Part shown: in pieces, positions 1-13,403 of the stretch | Position numbering within the stretch: the stretch's first letter is position 1 | Layout: each line of letters opens with the position of its first letter | From: Eledone cirrhosa | Taxonomy: Eukaryota | Length of the DNA stretch: 64,000 bases | Direction: 5' to 3' | Assembly (NCBI GenBank): GCA_964016885.1 | Contig: OZ024742.1 | Span: 302,002,001-302,066,000 of the forward strand | The notes under the pieces: generated by a model | What the model was told of the DNA's origin: nothing | Databases searched by the model: none | The model's input: the letters and a program-made list of their open reading frames with translations, nothing else | Made by a program: the position numbers and the translations under genes

Positions 1-30
1 TACTGTTGTTTGGGCACGTGTGTATATTTA

Positions 31-108
<78 letters not shown>

Positions 109-290
109 TATATATGTGTGTATATATATTTATGTGAGTATGTGTGCATGCATATACGTGTGTGTTTGTGAATATATAGAGAGAGATAGAGAGGATGTTC
201 CAAAAAATTTATACACACTTTGATTACCTGTACAGGAAATATTTATTAAAATGCTGTTGAAAAGTGTATACATTTTTGGGGGACACCCTC

Positions 291-326
<36 letters not shown>

Positions 327-530
327 ACTCAGGTCCTACATCGCAATGTGACAATTCTCCAGTGATATGTTTAGCTATAGAGATGAACAGCAGCAACGCG
401 TCAAATGATGTTAGAATAAGTGTTACAGGAGGTGGTACATGTATTGACTATAAATTGATTGTATCATCGTCCCTTTCGTAATTGACATTCAAAAACAAAA
501 CAAAAAATAATGGTTTATAGTAATTCTTAC

Positions 531-602
531 CTGCTTCACCAGTCCTGGCAGTTTCGACCATGGTGTATTCTGACGAATATGATCCTCGACGTCGCTATTC
601 AT
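531..602 (-). CDS. FAM91A1: FAM91A1 first coding exon (gene continues off the left edge)
   Basis: Minus strand reads ATG...CAG|GTAAG = MNSDVEDHIRQNTPWSKLPGLVKQ. This closely matches the conserved FAM91A1 N-terminus (MNxDVExHIRxNxPWxKLPxxVxQ) and ends at a canonical phase-0 donor. Too short to appear in the ORF track. Confidence 0.85.
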
Positions 603-1469
603 TTTACTCTTGTGTTATTTTAACCAAATATTTGGTATTTTAGTTTGTTTATGAGATGACGACGACAGCAGCAGTAGCAGCAATAACAACAACTCCTCCA
701 CTAAAAACTGTTCCCTTTCCACCTTTTTCTCTTTCTGCCTTGTACACTTCTTCTGCTTCCTTCCAGGGTGACAAACGGTGTTTATGTTGATGGTTATTAT
801 ATTTGTTGTTTTGGTGCGTGAGCTATTTATTTAAGGGCCAACGCCGGGGTTATGTACCCGGGTCATCTCTGATGACACCCAACTGGAAGTGTAGCAGCAG
901 TTTTTATTGAGAAGTGTGATTGGAATGCAGGCGAAAAACAACAAAATTCACAGAAATTATATGGGAGCATGTAAGGGGAAAAATACTAGTGGGAGAGGGA
1001 ATGTGTTAAACAAGGAAGAAAAAACATAAACGAAATTTGCTTTAAAAAAAAAAAATAACGAATCAGACAGAAACTGAAAAGGAAATATAAGACGGATAAT
1101 ATCTTTAGAGGAGAAGAAAATAAGAGTAAATGACGAGCAGTTAAGTGCCCGAGAGATAACCAGACGCAGCCATTACCTTTTCCTCAACGCTACATCTGAC
1201 AACGAGCCACCCTGGCTGCAACAATCAGCAGTTTTAGATTACGGAAGACACGATATGCTTTAAAATATGAATTGAAGCAGCATTTCGATATCGCTGTTGT
1301 ATATAGTTTTCTGTCTTTTTTCGTATAACGGCTGTATTTCTTTTGTTACGCTCAATTTATTATCATTTTGAAATTATGTTTTAAAAACAACTTTTAGTTA
1401 AATTATTAGCTTGTCGAAATGCTGAAATAAAGATTAACATTTGTCTGCTCTGGATTTCGTTTCAGACAC

Positions 1470-1840
1470 AAACTCCTTCAATATTGGACACACATTGCTC
1501 TCAAGCTCCTCTTCAAAGTGGATACATATTGCTCTCAAACTCCCTTTAAAATGGATACATATTGCTCTTAAACTCCCTTGAAATTAGACATGCATTGCTC
1601 TCAAGCTCCCTTGAAAGTGGGTACATATTGCTCTCAAACTTTCTAAATATTGAACACATGCTGCTCTGAAACTCTCTAGAAATTGTACATACTTTCATTT
1701 CAAACTCTCTACATTTTGGATGCATTTTCTTCTCAAATTCTCTAAATATTGGACACCCTTTTCTCTCAAGCTCTCCATAAATTAAATACACTTTGTTCTC
1801 AAAGATGCCAAATATTGAATATGCATTGCTCTCAAAATTG
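1470..1840. repeat. Degenerate ~33-bp minisatellite
   Basis: About 11 diverged units like aaatattggacacacattgctctcaaactccct. Explains the repetitive ORF at 1546..1938. Confidence 0.75.
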
Positions 1841-1899
1841 TTTTTGAAGTCCCAGGTCAGTTTGACAAAAAAAAAAAAAATCGATAAAATAAGTATGAG

Positions 1900-4150
1900 A
1901 TCATCGTCATCATGGGTTGGATTGCGTTCCTTCGTCATTTCTTCTGTAAGTCTCAGCTATTTGAGATCAGTTCTCACCACCTTCACCCAGGTCTATCTCT
2001 ACTGTGGCTTCCTTCTACTGGCTTCTACTGGCTTTTCCTAGCATTTCTTCACCCAGCAATTATGATCGATGAACATCACTTCAGATTCCTCTTTAACCCA
2101 GTTTCTCACTCAGTTCATTCAGGCTCTGCCTTTCTTTCACATTTACATTGCACATCCAACAAAGCATGGTAGCTTCATTTCTCTTCAGCCTATGCATGTT
2201 CTTTGTGCATCATTTAAATACAAAGTCTTCCCTTTCTGTTTGTCTACTTGTTATTCCACTACATCTCTTGTGTACCCAAGATTTACAGTGTGTACATCAT
2301 ATAGATTTACAGTGTGTACATCTGCCTACTACTTTTTTTACATATTGAGCAAGGCCACTTCCCTCAAGGAATCAGGATCCTATCTTCTTTCCTACTTACT
2401 AGCACTTTAGTTTTGGCTAAGTTTACTCTCAGATCTTTTGATTCCAAATTCTGTTTCCATAGTCAGAACATATTCTCTAGTTCTTTTATGGATTCAGCTA
2501 TAAGAAGTAGGTCATCTGCATAGAGAAGTTCCTATGTTATGGCCTGCAGAACTATGATCAACAGCTGTAGGCTGAGAACCGAACCCTGATGAACTCCTAC
2601 CAGTACTTCGAATTCCTCACTGAACTCAATTCCTACTTGCACTTTATAACAGCTCCTCTGTATATGGCTTGCACTGCTCTCACAAGCCATTCTTTTATAA
2701 CTAATTTTCTGAAGGACAACCGGATAACAGAATGAGGTACTATGTCAAAGGCCTTTTCTAGATCAATGAAAGCTAGATATAGCGGCCTATTCTTGGCTAG
2801 GAACTTCTCTTATTGTTGTCTCACTAAGATGAGGGTATCTGTAGTAATTTTCCCAGACATTTGACTCTTTCCCTAAATAGCTGTGCTAGAACTCTTTCCA
2901 TCAATTTCATAATCAAGTCTATCAGTTTTATTTCTCTGTATTTGCTCCTTTCTAGAGCATTGTATTTGCTCTTGTAGCAATTTATGATTGTATTGCTGCA
3001 GTAGTCTTTGTGAATGACTCTGTCCAGTATTACTTGATTGACTATGCAGATTACTAGTTTGGCTCTGACTTCTCCTGATGCTTTTTGCATCTCAGCAATT
3101 ATTTCTGGTGGTCCCACAGCTTTACCATCCTTCATCTCCTTGAATGCTTCTTTGACCTTATAACTGTCAATTTCAATAGCTGGTCCCTCTGTTGGGTAAG
3201 TTGGGGGTAGTCTCTCTTCCTCACATTCATCCTCCACACATTTATCAATCTCATAGTAACATTTCCAGGCCTCTTTCTTTTAAGCATCAGTGGTGCTAAG
3301 TGCACTTTTCCCCAACAACATCCCGATTCACACTGATACACTGCCTTGCAATGCAGAACACTTCATATCTTTGGTCATCATGCTGCAAGACATTGGCTAA
3401 CTTTCTTTCTTCAGCCTCTTTCTGAGCTATGTGTAGCTGTCATCTAACTTCCCTCTTAGCAATCTGGTACTGGTCTCTGCTACCCCCATTTTTCCAGTCT
3501 TTCCACATTAGTCTCTTAGCTTTAATGTCTCTATCCACTGTGCTGTTTCACCATCAGGTCACCCTCTGTCTGGCTGGTGCATTGCTCCAGCCAAAAATCT
3601 CATCAGTAGTTTGCAATAGGTTGTCATGTAAGAATTTCCAATTGTCCTCTATGTCATATGTATCTAACTCATCTCTCCTCTCATCAAATGCATCCTGTAG
3701 GGCCTTTCTAAATCTATATTTAACAGAAAGTTTCTTTAGCTTCCAAACCTTCCATCTCCATATTTTCTTGCTTATCTTGTTCCATCTTATGTTTATACTT
3801 ATGTCACTAATAACTAGCTTGTGTTGGGCGACACATTCTTTCCCAAGGCCTTAGCATTTATTAGAGTCTGCTTATCTTGTCTTACAAGTAAGAATTCAAT
3901 CTGGCTTGTGTGTTCGCCTGATTGGTATATGATCAGGTGGTTGGCCAGTTTCCTGAAATTTTTTGTTGCAAATGATTAGTTCATTTGCATCACAGAATTC
4001 CAGAAGCCTCACTCCTTCTTCATTTCTTGAGCCAAAAGCATAGCCACCATGAACTCCTGTGAATCCATCCTGGTACTATCCAACATATCCATTGAAGTCA
4101 CCTGAAGATGAGGTCTCTTTCATCAGTACCTGAGGTTATCAGTAAAAGTT
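1900..4150 (-). mobile_element. Decayed RTE-clade LINE (APE C-terminal part, RT, Cys-rich region), many stops and frameshifts
   Basis: Fragments such as MKDGKAVGPPEIIAEM...YREIKLID and LLYADDLLL are collinear with the intact 33534..36509 protein. Confidence 0.92.
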
Positions 4151-4969
4151 CCTCATAGATTCTGTCCTTTTGCTCTTTACTCAATCTTTACCAGCAAAAG
4201 GATAAGTACTGGGGTCGATATGATCAACTAAAAGATGGTGCCCCAGTATGCCTGCAGTCTTCTGACTGAAACAAGTAAAAGAATAAACTCTTCCAAATTC
4301 CTGAATATCCAGAACCCCAAGAAGGTTATCTCTGGTGGTCAAAATTTACCCCTTTCCTTTGTTCTCCCCACCACCAGTCTGTATTGTTGCTAATGTTTCT
4401 GGTAGAATCAATTCACCACCAGCATTAACCCTTTCACAACACATTTCTAATGAAATACATTCTATTTAATTAATTAAGGACGAATTTTGAGGAATTTACT
4501 AAAATTATTGATTATTTCATTACTAAGATAGTAACTAAATTAACATAGTTCTTATATATAATTAAGGTGGAAGATTTTAATTTATAATATAATAATAATG
4601 AAAATTATTGTGTACAGTGCTTAGGTGCACTACAATTTAAATAGGAACCTTTGAAATAAGTGATTTTATTTCTAAGGACCAGGGCTGGTGACATAAAGGT
4701 TAACTAGATGTTATTAAGCCTCAGGTTAGCCTTGATCAACTAGACTTATCATCAGTGGCATTTCAAACATGAAAATCTCATCTTTTTTGTTTATCAGGGA
4801 TTACATTGTTTTATGCAGCGCCATCTTCCTGCCCCCCACCCCCACCCCCTCCCAATTTTTTACGATGAATTTTTCAAATGTTTGGGGCCTCATGACTTAA
4901 CTAGTACAGGGTCTCATTTGTCCTAAATCTGGCACTGGATCTATGCATCTGTCTTATTTAAAATAAAGT

Positions 4970-5525
4970 TGAGTATGATTCCAAGATTTGGTCAGTTCTC
5001 ATGAAATAGATCTACAGTAGGGTATGATTTGAAGGAGATTTTGTCAGTCCTGACCAAACAGATCTACAGTGGAATATAATTCCAGGGACATTTGGTCAGT
5101 TCTGATGAAACAGATCTACAGTAGGGTATGATTTGAGAGAGATTTGGCCAGTCATGATCAAACAAATACACTAGACTGTGATTGGTGGTGGTGAGATTTT
5201 GTCAGTCCTGACCAAACAGATCTACAGTAGTGTGATTGGGGAGATATTTGATCAGTCTTGATCCAGTAGATCTATAATAGGGTGTGATTGGGGGGAAGAT
5301 TTGGTCAGTCCAGATCAAATAGATTTACAGTAAGGTATGATTGGAAGGAATTTGGTCAGTCCTGATCAAATAGATTTACAGTAAGGGTTTATTGGAGGGA
5401 GATTTGGTCAGTCTTCATACAATAGATCTCCAGTAGAGTGTGATTGGAAGGAAGATTTGGTCAGTCCTGATCAAACAGATTTACAGTAAGGTATGATCGG
5501 AGGGAAATTTAGTGAGTCCTGATTC
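4970..5525. repeat. Degenerate ~60-bp minisatellite
   Basis: About 9 units of gatttggtcagtcctgatcaaatagatctacagtagggtatgattgg... Confidence 0.8.
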
Positions 5526-5639
5526 AACACCTGATCAAAGGTGTTTGAATAGTAACCACTTTGTCCTTATTTAGACATAATATGGCTTAGCTCACATTGC
5601 CCAATGTGCTTTTCATTTAGTAAGTAGGGTGTGATTTAA

Positions 5640-5847
5640 CCCTTTAGCATTTAAACTGGCCATATCCAGCCAGAATTCTCTCACCTCTTTCTGTTCAAAC
5701 TGGCCATAACCAGATGCTCATACTGACATTAAGGTATTGTTTTCACAACAAATAATTTCAAAATCTTGTAGATTCAATATTATGTGAGAAAAAGCCTTTA
5801 CCGCGAAAATACAATAGTAAATATAGAATAATGTAAATGCTAATGGG
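5640..5847 (+). mobile_element. piggyBac-like MITE (~210 bp)
   Basis: TTAA|CCCTTTAGCATTTA ... TAAATGCTAATGGG|TTAA: TTAA on both sides and CCC/GGG terminal inverted repeats. At least 7 copies in the window. Confidence 0.85.
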
Positions 5848-6163
5848 TTAAGGGGAATTTGGCTGTTATTTCTAGCAAGGCAAGTGACTGAATAGAGGTT
5901 CATTTATTAGCTTAAGTATTAGTCAGTCATTATGGTAGGGAGGGATGAAAATATTCTCAGATTTCCCACCTTAGTGAACTCCACTAAAGGCAGCCAGAAT
6001 CCAGGTGGTAGAGTTTATCCCATTCATCATTAACATCAATTATCCCCCACAAGCAAGGATTGAAGAAGTGCATTTTATTATGACACCAGCCCTAGGGAGG
6101 TTGTTATGTCTTTGACACAACTGAGGAGTCCTCCTGACACTTTGTCAAGTTTTCTACAGCTGC

Positions 6164-6805
6164 ATCATCATCATCATCATCATCACCGTTTTACGTCCGT
6201 TCTTCCACGCTAGCATGGGTTAGACGGGTTGTCCTGTTGTGGGCAGTGTCTGGTCGGCTGACCATGCCTTGCTCATACAGGAACTGATCTGGCTTGATTT
6301 CTACAGCTGGATGCCCTTCCTAACACCAACCTCATTTACAGTGAGTGCTGGGTGCTTTTTCGTGGCGCCTACACGTCCACTTTACAGTGTGGGCTGGGTG
6401 CTTTTTTGCCGTGGCACCTCCACGACCACCTTGCGGTGGGGGGGGGGGGGGGGGGGGGCATATTGTTTATATGCTTCAGCATGTACCCATGGGAGGTTGG
6501 GTACCCTGTATTACTGCGTGACGCCAGAAGTCACGGTCGTGTGTCATTGACTTTGAGAGGTGTAGTTGGGTAAGGTCGGCTTTTATCACCTCATCCCAAG
6601 TCATCTTGGGTCTCCCCACTCCGCGGTTTCCATCAACTTCTAGTGCTCTGCACCTTTTTATGCAGCTGTCATCCTTCATACGCATCACATGTCCATACCA
6701 GCGTAACCGCCTCTCCTGCACGCAGCATTTGATTCCTCTTATGCTCAGTCTCTCTCTCAATTCCTTTATGCTTTGTCGTTCACGTATATTACTGTTACAC
6801 ATCAT
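6164..6805 (-). mobile_element. 5'-truncated RTE LINE, subfamily B (ORF C-terminus, 3'UTR, (GAT)n tail)
   Basis: Encodes ...[22 protein letters not shown]...GRPKMTWDEVI, homologous to the C-terminus of the intact ORF. Its 3'UTR differs from subfamily A. Confidence 0.9.
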
Positions 6806-8272
6806 TCCTATCACCAACCACTTTACAGAATGTACTGGGTATGTTTTATTTTAGCACTAGCACAAAAGAGATAGTCAGTTATAGACTGGCTGAAGGGTCC
6901 TCACTACCAGGGCCTCTAAGAGAAATTTTGCACGGCGGTACAAGACCCCTTTGGGGCCTGAAGCAGGCAAAGATTTTTCTCAAAATGTATGTTACATGGT
7001 TGCTGTAGGGCCTTTCCTTATCGTATTTCTATTACCTCGATTGATTTTAAAATGGTTAAAATGATATTGTTTCCACCAAACTATTTAGATCTGATGGCAG
7101 AGCATTAATTCAAGTTAAACGTTTTAAATAATATATTTAGTTGTGTCTCAACGTTTACTGTTAATATTTTATGAAGTATTCTTTATTCTATAATAAATAA
7201 TTCTAATAAACACAATTTATATAAAAGAGAAAAAAAAGTGGGGGAAGTCACACATACTCAATCACATGTTACAACACTGCATTGCTGCGGGTGATAGCGA
7301 GTCTAAGACGTTGATATAACTAAGCACTCACGCAGGCATCACCTGATAAATGGGTAATTCTAGCTCTACGCGGATTTCTGATTATAATGTGATATTTATT
7401 TTCTTCTTGCTTTGTCGACTCTGTCTTTACAAGGCACGTAACAATAAATCTCTCGTTAGAATAATAACTATTTAATGACTAGTTGCTGCTTCCGTAGTTT
7501 TCCTAACATGCTATTTTAATGTATTGTAAATGTAATTTACAAGTTTTAAGGCGATCGTAAATACATCTAATTTCATTGGATTTAACAATCTCCTAACAAC
7601 CAATCACATTGTTTTTCACAATCGATACCCTGTTCAATGTATAACACTTAGTCAGGGGACAGCTGGGAAACGAAAGTACATTGAATTATAGCAAAAAATC
7701 GTTCAGTAAATGAATGACCTTTGACCGTTCTTGTATTACGCCCCTTTTCACCATGTAATATTGATGTCTATATGACAGACACAACGTCTGAAATACTAAT
7801 ACATATACTAACTAATACTACTTATTTATTTCACTACATTAATCTATTGCTATTTATCTAAAACCTCATGTGATGAGTTGACAAAGGAGCTTCTACGTGA
7901 TAGCTCGATCTGCTAGAAATAGTAGTCAAACATATATTTTTTTAAACCACACTTTTGTCTTATAAAATCACACATTCGCCAAGGCAGTTTTACGGAAAAG
8001 CCTGGGGCACTCTTCGAGCATATGTCTGCACGACTGGAGCTGGCCTGGGCCTAGATAACTCCACACATGAACATCGTCAACCTAACAAAGTCCGCGCACA
8101 TGCACGCCCACAAATTAGTGTTTGTGTTGAATATGCCCATTTAAAAGACACATTTTGAAAGGAAGTACTCAATACATAATGTAGAGTGGGTGTATTTATT
8201 TTAAACAACGGCTCTTATAAGTGTGTGTGTGTGTATATGTATGTATGTTCGTATATATAAATCTCTCTCTTT

Positions 8273-8648
8273 CATCATCATCATCATCATCATCATCAAC
8301 GTTTAACGTCCGTGTTCCACGCTTGCATGGGTTTGGACGGGGGTAGTCCCACTTGAGGCAAGAGTGATTGTCTTGCTCGCATAGGACTGTCTGGCAGGTT
8401 TTCTACAGTTGGATGCCCTTCCTAACACCAACCACATTTACAGTGTGGGTCTGGGAGGTTTTTACCGTGTTGCCTACACGGCCACATTACAGCGTGGACT
8501 GTGTGTTTTTTTGTCGTGACACCTACACGATCTCGTTTGTTTCGGCCTGGATGCGCGGCACCAACATAACTTTACATGGAACGGGGTGGTGTGGATGGGG
8601 TGGGGGTGGTGGCGGGACGGGGTGTAGTTTGTTAGAGATGCCTACTGA
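8273..8648 (-). mobile_element. 5'-truncated RTE LINE, subfamily A (3'UTR only)
   Basis: Nearly identical to 33132..33510; (CAT)n on the plus strand is the tail. Confidence 0.9.
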
Positions 8649-8659
8649 TAAATATATAT

Positions 8660-8790
8660 AAAATAACATAAGGACGATTTGTTATACCTTCATTACGTTT
8701 ATTGATTGGTGACGCGCGTTTCACTATGGATCAGCTCAAGGTTCGATTTGTATCGATCTGGCCCGACTCTGGAATCAAAGGCTCTTTGGG
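8660..8790 (-). mobile_element. Dispersed repeat with a hammerhead-like remnant (possibly Penelope-like); second copy at 22420..22550
   Basis: Two similar copies. The minus strand carries GAAAC-GCGC-GTC (GAAAC-ACAC-GTC in copy 2) followed by AATAAA. Confidence 0.5.
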
Positions 8791-9103
8791 AGGAGGGGAA
8801 ATTCGATTAAATCGACCCCAGTACATGACTGGTACTTTATTTTATCGACCCTGTAAAGATGAAAGGCCCTTTAGGTTGAGCTCAAATCCCACCAAGGTTA
8901 GCTTTGCCTTTCATCCTTACAGGGTCGATAAAATAAAGCATCAGTAATGCAATGACTGACCTTTTGGTTATTTAGATGGTTTCTGTATTCATGTGCCTAA
9001 ATAACCAAAAGGTCAGTTATTGCATTTTTCAAACCTTATAATAACACGTGATTTGTAAAGAAACCCTTAATGTTTAATTTTTTCACTATACTATATATAT
9101 GTA

Positions 9104-9386
9104 ATCATCACCATCACCCTTTTATGTTCATTCTTCCACGCTAGCATGGGTTAGACGGGTTGTCCTGTTGTGGGCAATGCCAGGTCAGGTGACCATCTCT
9201 TGCTCATACAGAACTGATTTTGGCTTGATTTCTACAGCTGGATGCCCTTCCTAACACCAACCTCATTTACAGTGAGTACTGGGCGTTTTTTTACCATGGC
9301 ACCTACACGACCACTTTACAGTGGGAACATACTGTCTATATGCTTCAGCTTTGGCTTGTAGCCATGTGAAGTCGGGTCTTCTGTAT
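9104..9386 (-). mobile_element. 5'-truncated RTE LINE 3' end, subfamily B
   Basis: Aligns with the 6164 and 24073 copies; TA repeats on both sides. Confidence 0.8.
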
Positions 9387-9557
9387 ATATATATATATAG
9401 AGAGAGAGCGAGAGACAGACAGAGAGATGTAAAATCATGACTGTGGCGCCAAGCGGACGGGATTTTACTTGTCTCGATACCTACTCTGCATCTTCCCATG
9501 ATTAGTGGTCTCCTCAGTCTCAGCACTGCAGACTCTCTCTCTCTCTATATATATATA

Positions 9558-10051
9558 TGTACAGCCACTGGAAATAACATCTGTGGAATATACAGCGCCA
9601 TCTACCTGTTAGCTAGTTACCTCAACGTGAAACAAAAGAACCCTTAAAACCTACCAGAATAAACGCCTACACATCGGCTAAACATCAAATGATTGTCTCT
9701 GTATAACTAGAGTGGTTCCAAACACTTCAGCAGTCGACATTTGGCAGAGTCAACTCGCGTATCGTTGTTCCTCGCCTCTGCCACGCTTTGTCACTCACAC
9801 ACGCCTTGTACCTTGTATCGTCGCTTCATGTGAAAATAAATAGCTGATCGAATTTACATCTCGCCTTGCTTCGTCCTTTCAACTTGTGCTTTCGTCTGTC
9901 CATCCACAACAGTTCTTTTAAGGGCTATATGCGACAAGTCCTTTTAAGGGCTATCTTCAGATCTGATCAGACCGTATGCGATAACAGTCCTAAGGGCTAT
10001 TCTCGGATCTGATCAGAAGTAGTGACTAGACTGACTAACCACGTCGCTACA
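9558..10051 (+). mobile_element. Candidate solo LTR (494 bp)
   Basis: Starts TGTA, ends TACA, flanked by (TA)n on both sides, with internal AATAAA and short internal repeats (taagggctat x3). Confidence 0.6.
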
Positions 10052-10060
10052 TATATATAT

Positions 10061-10377
10061 CAGTGATTCCTAATATGGGGCACAGACCCCACAGTGGAAC
10101 AATTTGAATACTTAAAGTGGCCATTTGAAAATGATGTTAATGAGAACAAACCTCAGGTTTTACTTCATTGCTTTTACACTAAGGCAACTTTGGTGCACAT
10201 TAGTGTCAGAAACTCCTGTCTCACCTCCTCCATATGTTATTGTGCATTTGGCACCACTTATTCACTAATTTGTTTACATTTTGCAATTGATCATTGCTGT
10301 TTTTATGTCAAAGGGGGACATAACAATACTTTAGATGTTGAGGTGGGACACGGTGCATAAATGGTTGGGAACCACTG
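10061..10377. mobile_element. hAT-like MITE
   Basis: Termini CAGTGATTCCTAA / TTGGGAACCACTG (CAGTGGTTCCCAA-type TIR). No target-site duplication recognisable. Confidence 0.6.
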
Positions 10378-11609
10378 TTCTCTCTCTCTATATATATATA
10401 TAAATATGTGTGTGTGTGTGTGTGTACAGTGGCCATTAGTACTGTTGGTTGCCAAATAACCTTACATCTGATACAAAATAAAAACAGATTATATTTGTTT
10501 GCCTATTTTAAAAGTTGGGTAATAAGAGAACAAAGAAATGAATCTGGCCGTCTGAGGGGGCAGAAACCAGCAAGTCTTGGGGAGCAGAGATAGTAGTGTT
10601 TATTTTATGTATTCTGATTTATTTAATCATCATGATCACCATCATCATCATTTTCTAGCCTAGCATGGGTTGGACAAGTCATTTTGGACCAGGTCAGTAT
10701 TTAATCAGAGTTACTATCCTAATAGATAGGTTGGGGTTAACATCAGATTTAATACATTCTATTTTTGTTGTGGTTTTGATTGCTGAATGCCCTTTCTATC
10801 TACTATATTTTAACTGTGTCATTGTAGAGAGGAAATGGGACTTGTACTGGGTGTGTTTTAGTGGGGCTCCAATACTAGAGAAGTTGTCATATGTTCATTA
10901 AGACTGAAGAATCCTCACAAACCCTCTATATTGTTTCTATAGCTATCATTACACCTTTCTCTCCTCAACCACTTTATCAACTTCACAGTCCGTCTTCTCA
11001 TCTAAACTCTTGGCCACCAGTCTTCAGGAACACTGCCTTGAAAGAATGGAGATGAGGTAAATTAAAAAGGATTGTTGAAAACTGAACAGAGACAATATAG
11101 AAAATAGAGTGCATTGAAGTCTTGTCTTGTACATAACCTCTATTGTGCTGATGTTACAATAAAATGCACCCAATACATTATGTTAAATGGTTGGTATAAG
11201 GAAAGGTGTGTGACCGAAAAGTTAAGGTGTTGGGCTTACAATCATATTATTGTGGATTTGATTCTTGGAATGGGCAGCATGTTGTCTCTTCAGCAGATCC
11301 ATTTCAATTATTTCACATTACTCCAGTCAGCTGAAAATAAATACCAGCAGCAGATGGTCTTGTCCAGGGGGAAGCCATGTACTCGCAGTTGTTTAACACT
11401 AATGAAACTGGGATAAGCACCAGCCTGTAAGCATCTGGGCTTGGGAAGGACTTTAATTTTAATTGATAAGGAAAGGCATCCGTGCTAAAACTTGGAACAT
11501 CAAGCAAGACAAAGTCCCCTCCAACTGTCTGTACCATCAGTAATGTGGAAGACCATAAACCTATCTAATCTATGCCAGTAGAGAGAGAGAGAGAGCAGAT
11601 GTAAAATAA

Positions 11610-11822
11610 TGATTTCTGAATTAGGCACAAGGCTAGCAATTTGGGAGGAGTGAAAAGTCGATTAAATTGACCCCAGTGCATTACTGGTACTTTATTTTAT
11701 CGACCCTGTAAGCATGAAAGGCCAAGCTAAACATGGTGGGTTTGGAACTCAGAATGTAAAGGGCTGTAACTCTATGCTGCAAAGTATTTTACCGATTACT
11801 GATTCTGCTAATCCACCCCGTT
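11610..11822 (-). mobile_element. tRNA-derived SINE (abundant octopod-type family)
   Basis: Core ctgagttcaaatcccgccgaggttaactttgcctttcatccttacggggtcgataaaataaagtaccag with a B-box-like GAGTTCAAATCC. Other copies near 8790-8945, 12640-12920, 13890-14030, 26020-26240, 38545-38990, 42170-42370, 44105-44480 and 45060-45320. Confidence 0.8.
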
Positions 11823-11920
11823 GATGATAATGTGATATATATCATCAATATTTTTATGCCTGCTTTTCTATGCTGTCATGGATGGACACACTTCATTTTA
11901 TAAGTACAATATATATATAT

Positions 11921-12477
11921 CATCATCATCATCATCATCATCAACGTTTAACGTCCGTGTTCCACGCTTGCATGGGTTTGGACGGGGGTAGTCCCACTTG
12001 AGGCAAGAGTGATTGTCTTGCTCGCATAGGACTGTCTGGCAGGTTTTCTACAGTTGGATGCCCTTCCTAACACCAACCACATTTACAGTGTGGGTCTGGG
12101 AGGTTTTTACCGTGTTGCCTACACGGCCACATTACAGCGTGGACTGTGTGTTTTTTTGTCGTGACACCTACACGATCTCATTTGTTTCGGCCTGGATGGC
12201 GCGGCACCAACATAACTTTACATAGGACGGGTGGTGTGGATGGGTGGGGGAGGTGGCGGGACGGGGTGTATTTTGTTAGAGATGCCTACTGGCAAGGCGG
12301 GTCTTCTCTGTTACTGAGTACCGCCAAAGGTCTCGGTCCAGTGACATTGTCTTGGAGAGGTGTAAGTGTGTGAGGTCGGAGTTTATCAGCTCGTCCCAGG
12401 TTTTTCTAGGTCTGCCTATTCCGTGGCTACCGTCTATCTTTATTGCCCTGCACTTTGTTATACAGCTATCGACTTTC

Positions 12478-12480
<3 letters not shown>
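11921..12480 (-). mobile_element. 5'-truncated RTE LINE, subfamily A
   Basis: Near-identical to 33132..33726; encodes [10 protein letters not shown]...[11 protein letters not shown]; (TA)n at both junctions. Confidence 0.93.
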
Positions 12481-12513
<33 letters not shown>

Positions 12514-13353
12514 CACTCTTATGGTATTACCAAGGTAGGTTGTGTCCGTGTAAAATTCATCTGTGACTTGTGAGACAGGACACTTAGCCAAAGCTTGGGC
12601 CTATAGGATGGCCTTCTGGTGATATATTTTACTGATAATAATTGTTTCTATTTTTGGCACAAGGCCAGCAATTATCCCAGTGCATTACTGGTGCTTTATT
12701 TTATCGACCACGTAAGGATGAAAGGCAAAGTTAACCGCGACGGGATTTGAACCCAGATCGTAAAGGGCCATAACTCTTTGCCGAAAAGCATGGCGTCTGA
12801 CCATCTACTGATACTGCCAGTAATAATGCTATTTCACTGACAATAATTGTTTCTTCTTTTGGTACAGGGCCAGCAATTATTCCAGTGCATTACTGGTACT
12901 GTATTTTATCGACCCTAAAAACTGATGTGAGACCAGGTATTACACTTTTTTTTTATTGCATAGACAAGAGGAATGGTGGTAGCCTGGACCCATTATTTTT
13001 ACAGAGCTTCTAACAATGGTGGAAGGCAGAGGGGCTAGAAGGTACCTGGCCTGTAAGCTTGCAACAGATTAAGTCTACCACCCAAGTGGGATAAGACATG
13101 ATTTGAATTCAGAACCTAAAAAAGTAGAACAAATACTGTAAGGTATCTTGTTCGATGCTGTGACCATTTTGCCTCATGACTGGTATTTATATAAATATAT
13201 TGATAATAGTCCCATACAGTATGTGAATGATATTTATTTACAATAGGAGACAGTATCATATATAACGATAAAAAAAAAATTAAGAAAAAACAAACAAACA
13301 AATAAAATCTCAGCCATGGCATTTGAATGATAGAAAATATGCATGTGTGTGTA

Positions 13354-13403
<50 letters not shown>

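Noticed and set aside
20-481. Short ORFs rich in YI/CV
   Set aside because: Translations of (TA)n and (TG)n microsatellites in the first FAM91A1 intron. The same applies to similar ORFs throughout the window.
6900-8220. AT-rich stretch with scattered CpG patches and a 67-aa ORF
   Set aside because: No recognisable protein motif, termini or splice structure; probably old repeat debris.
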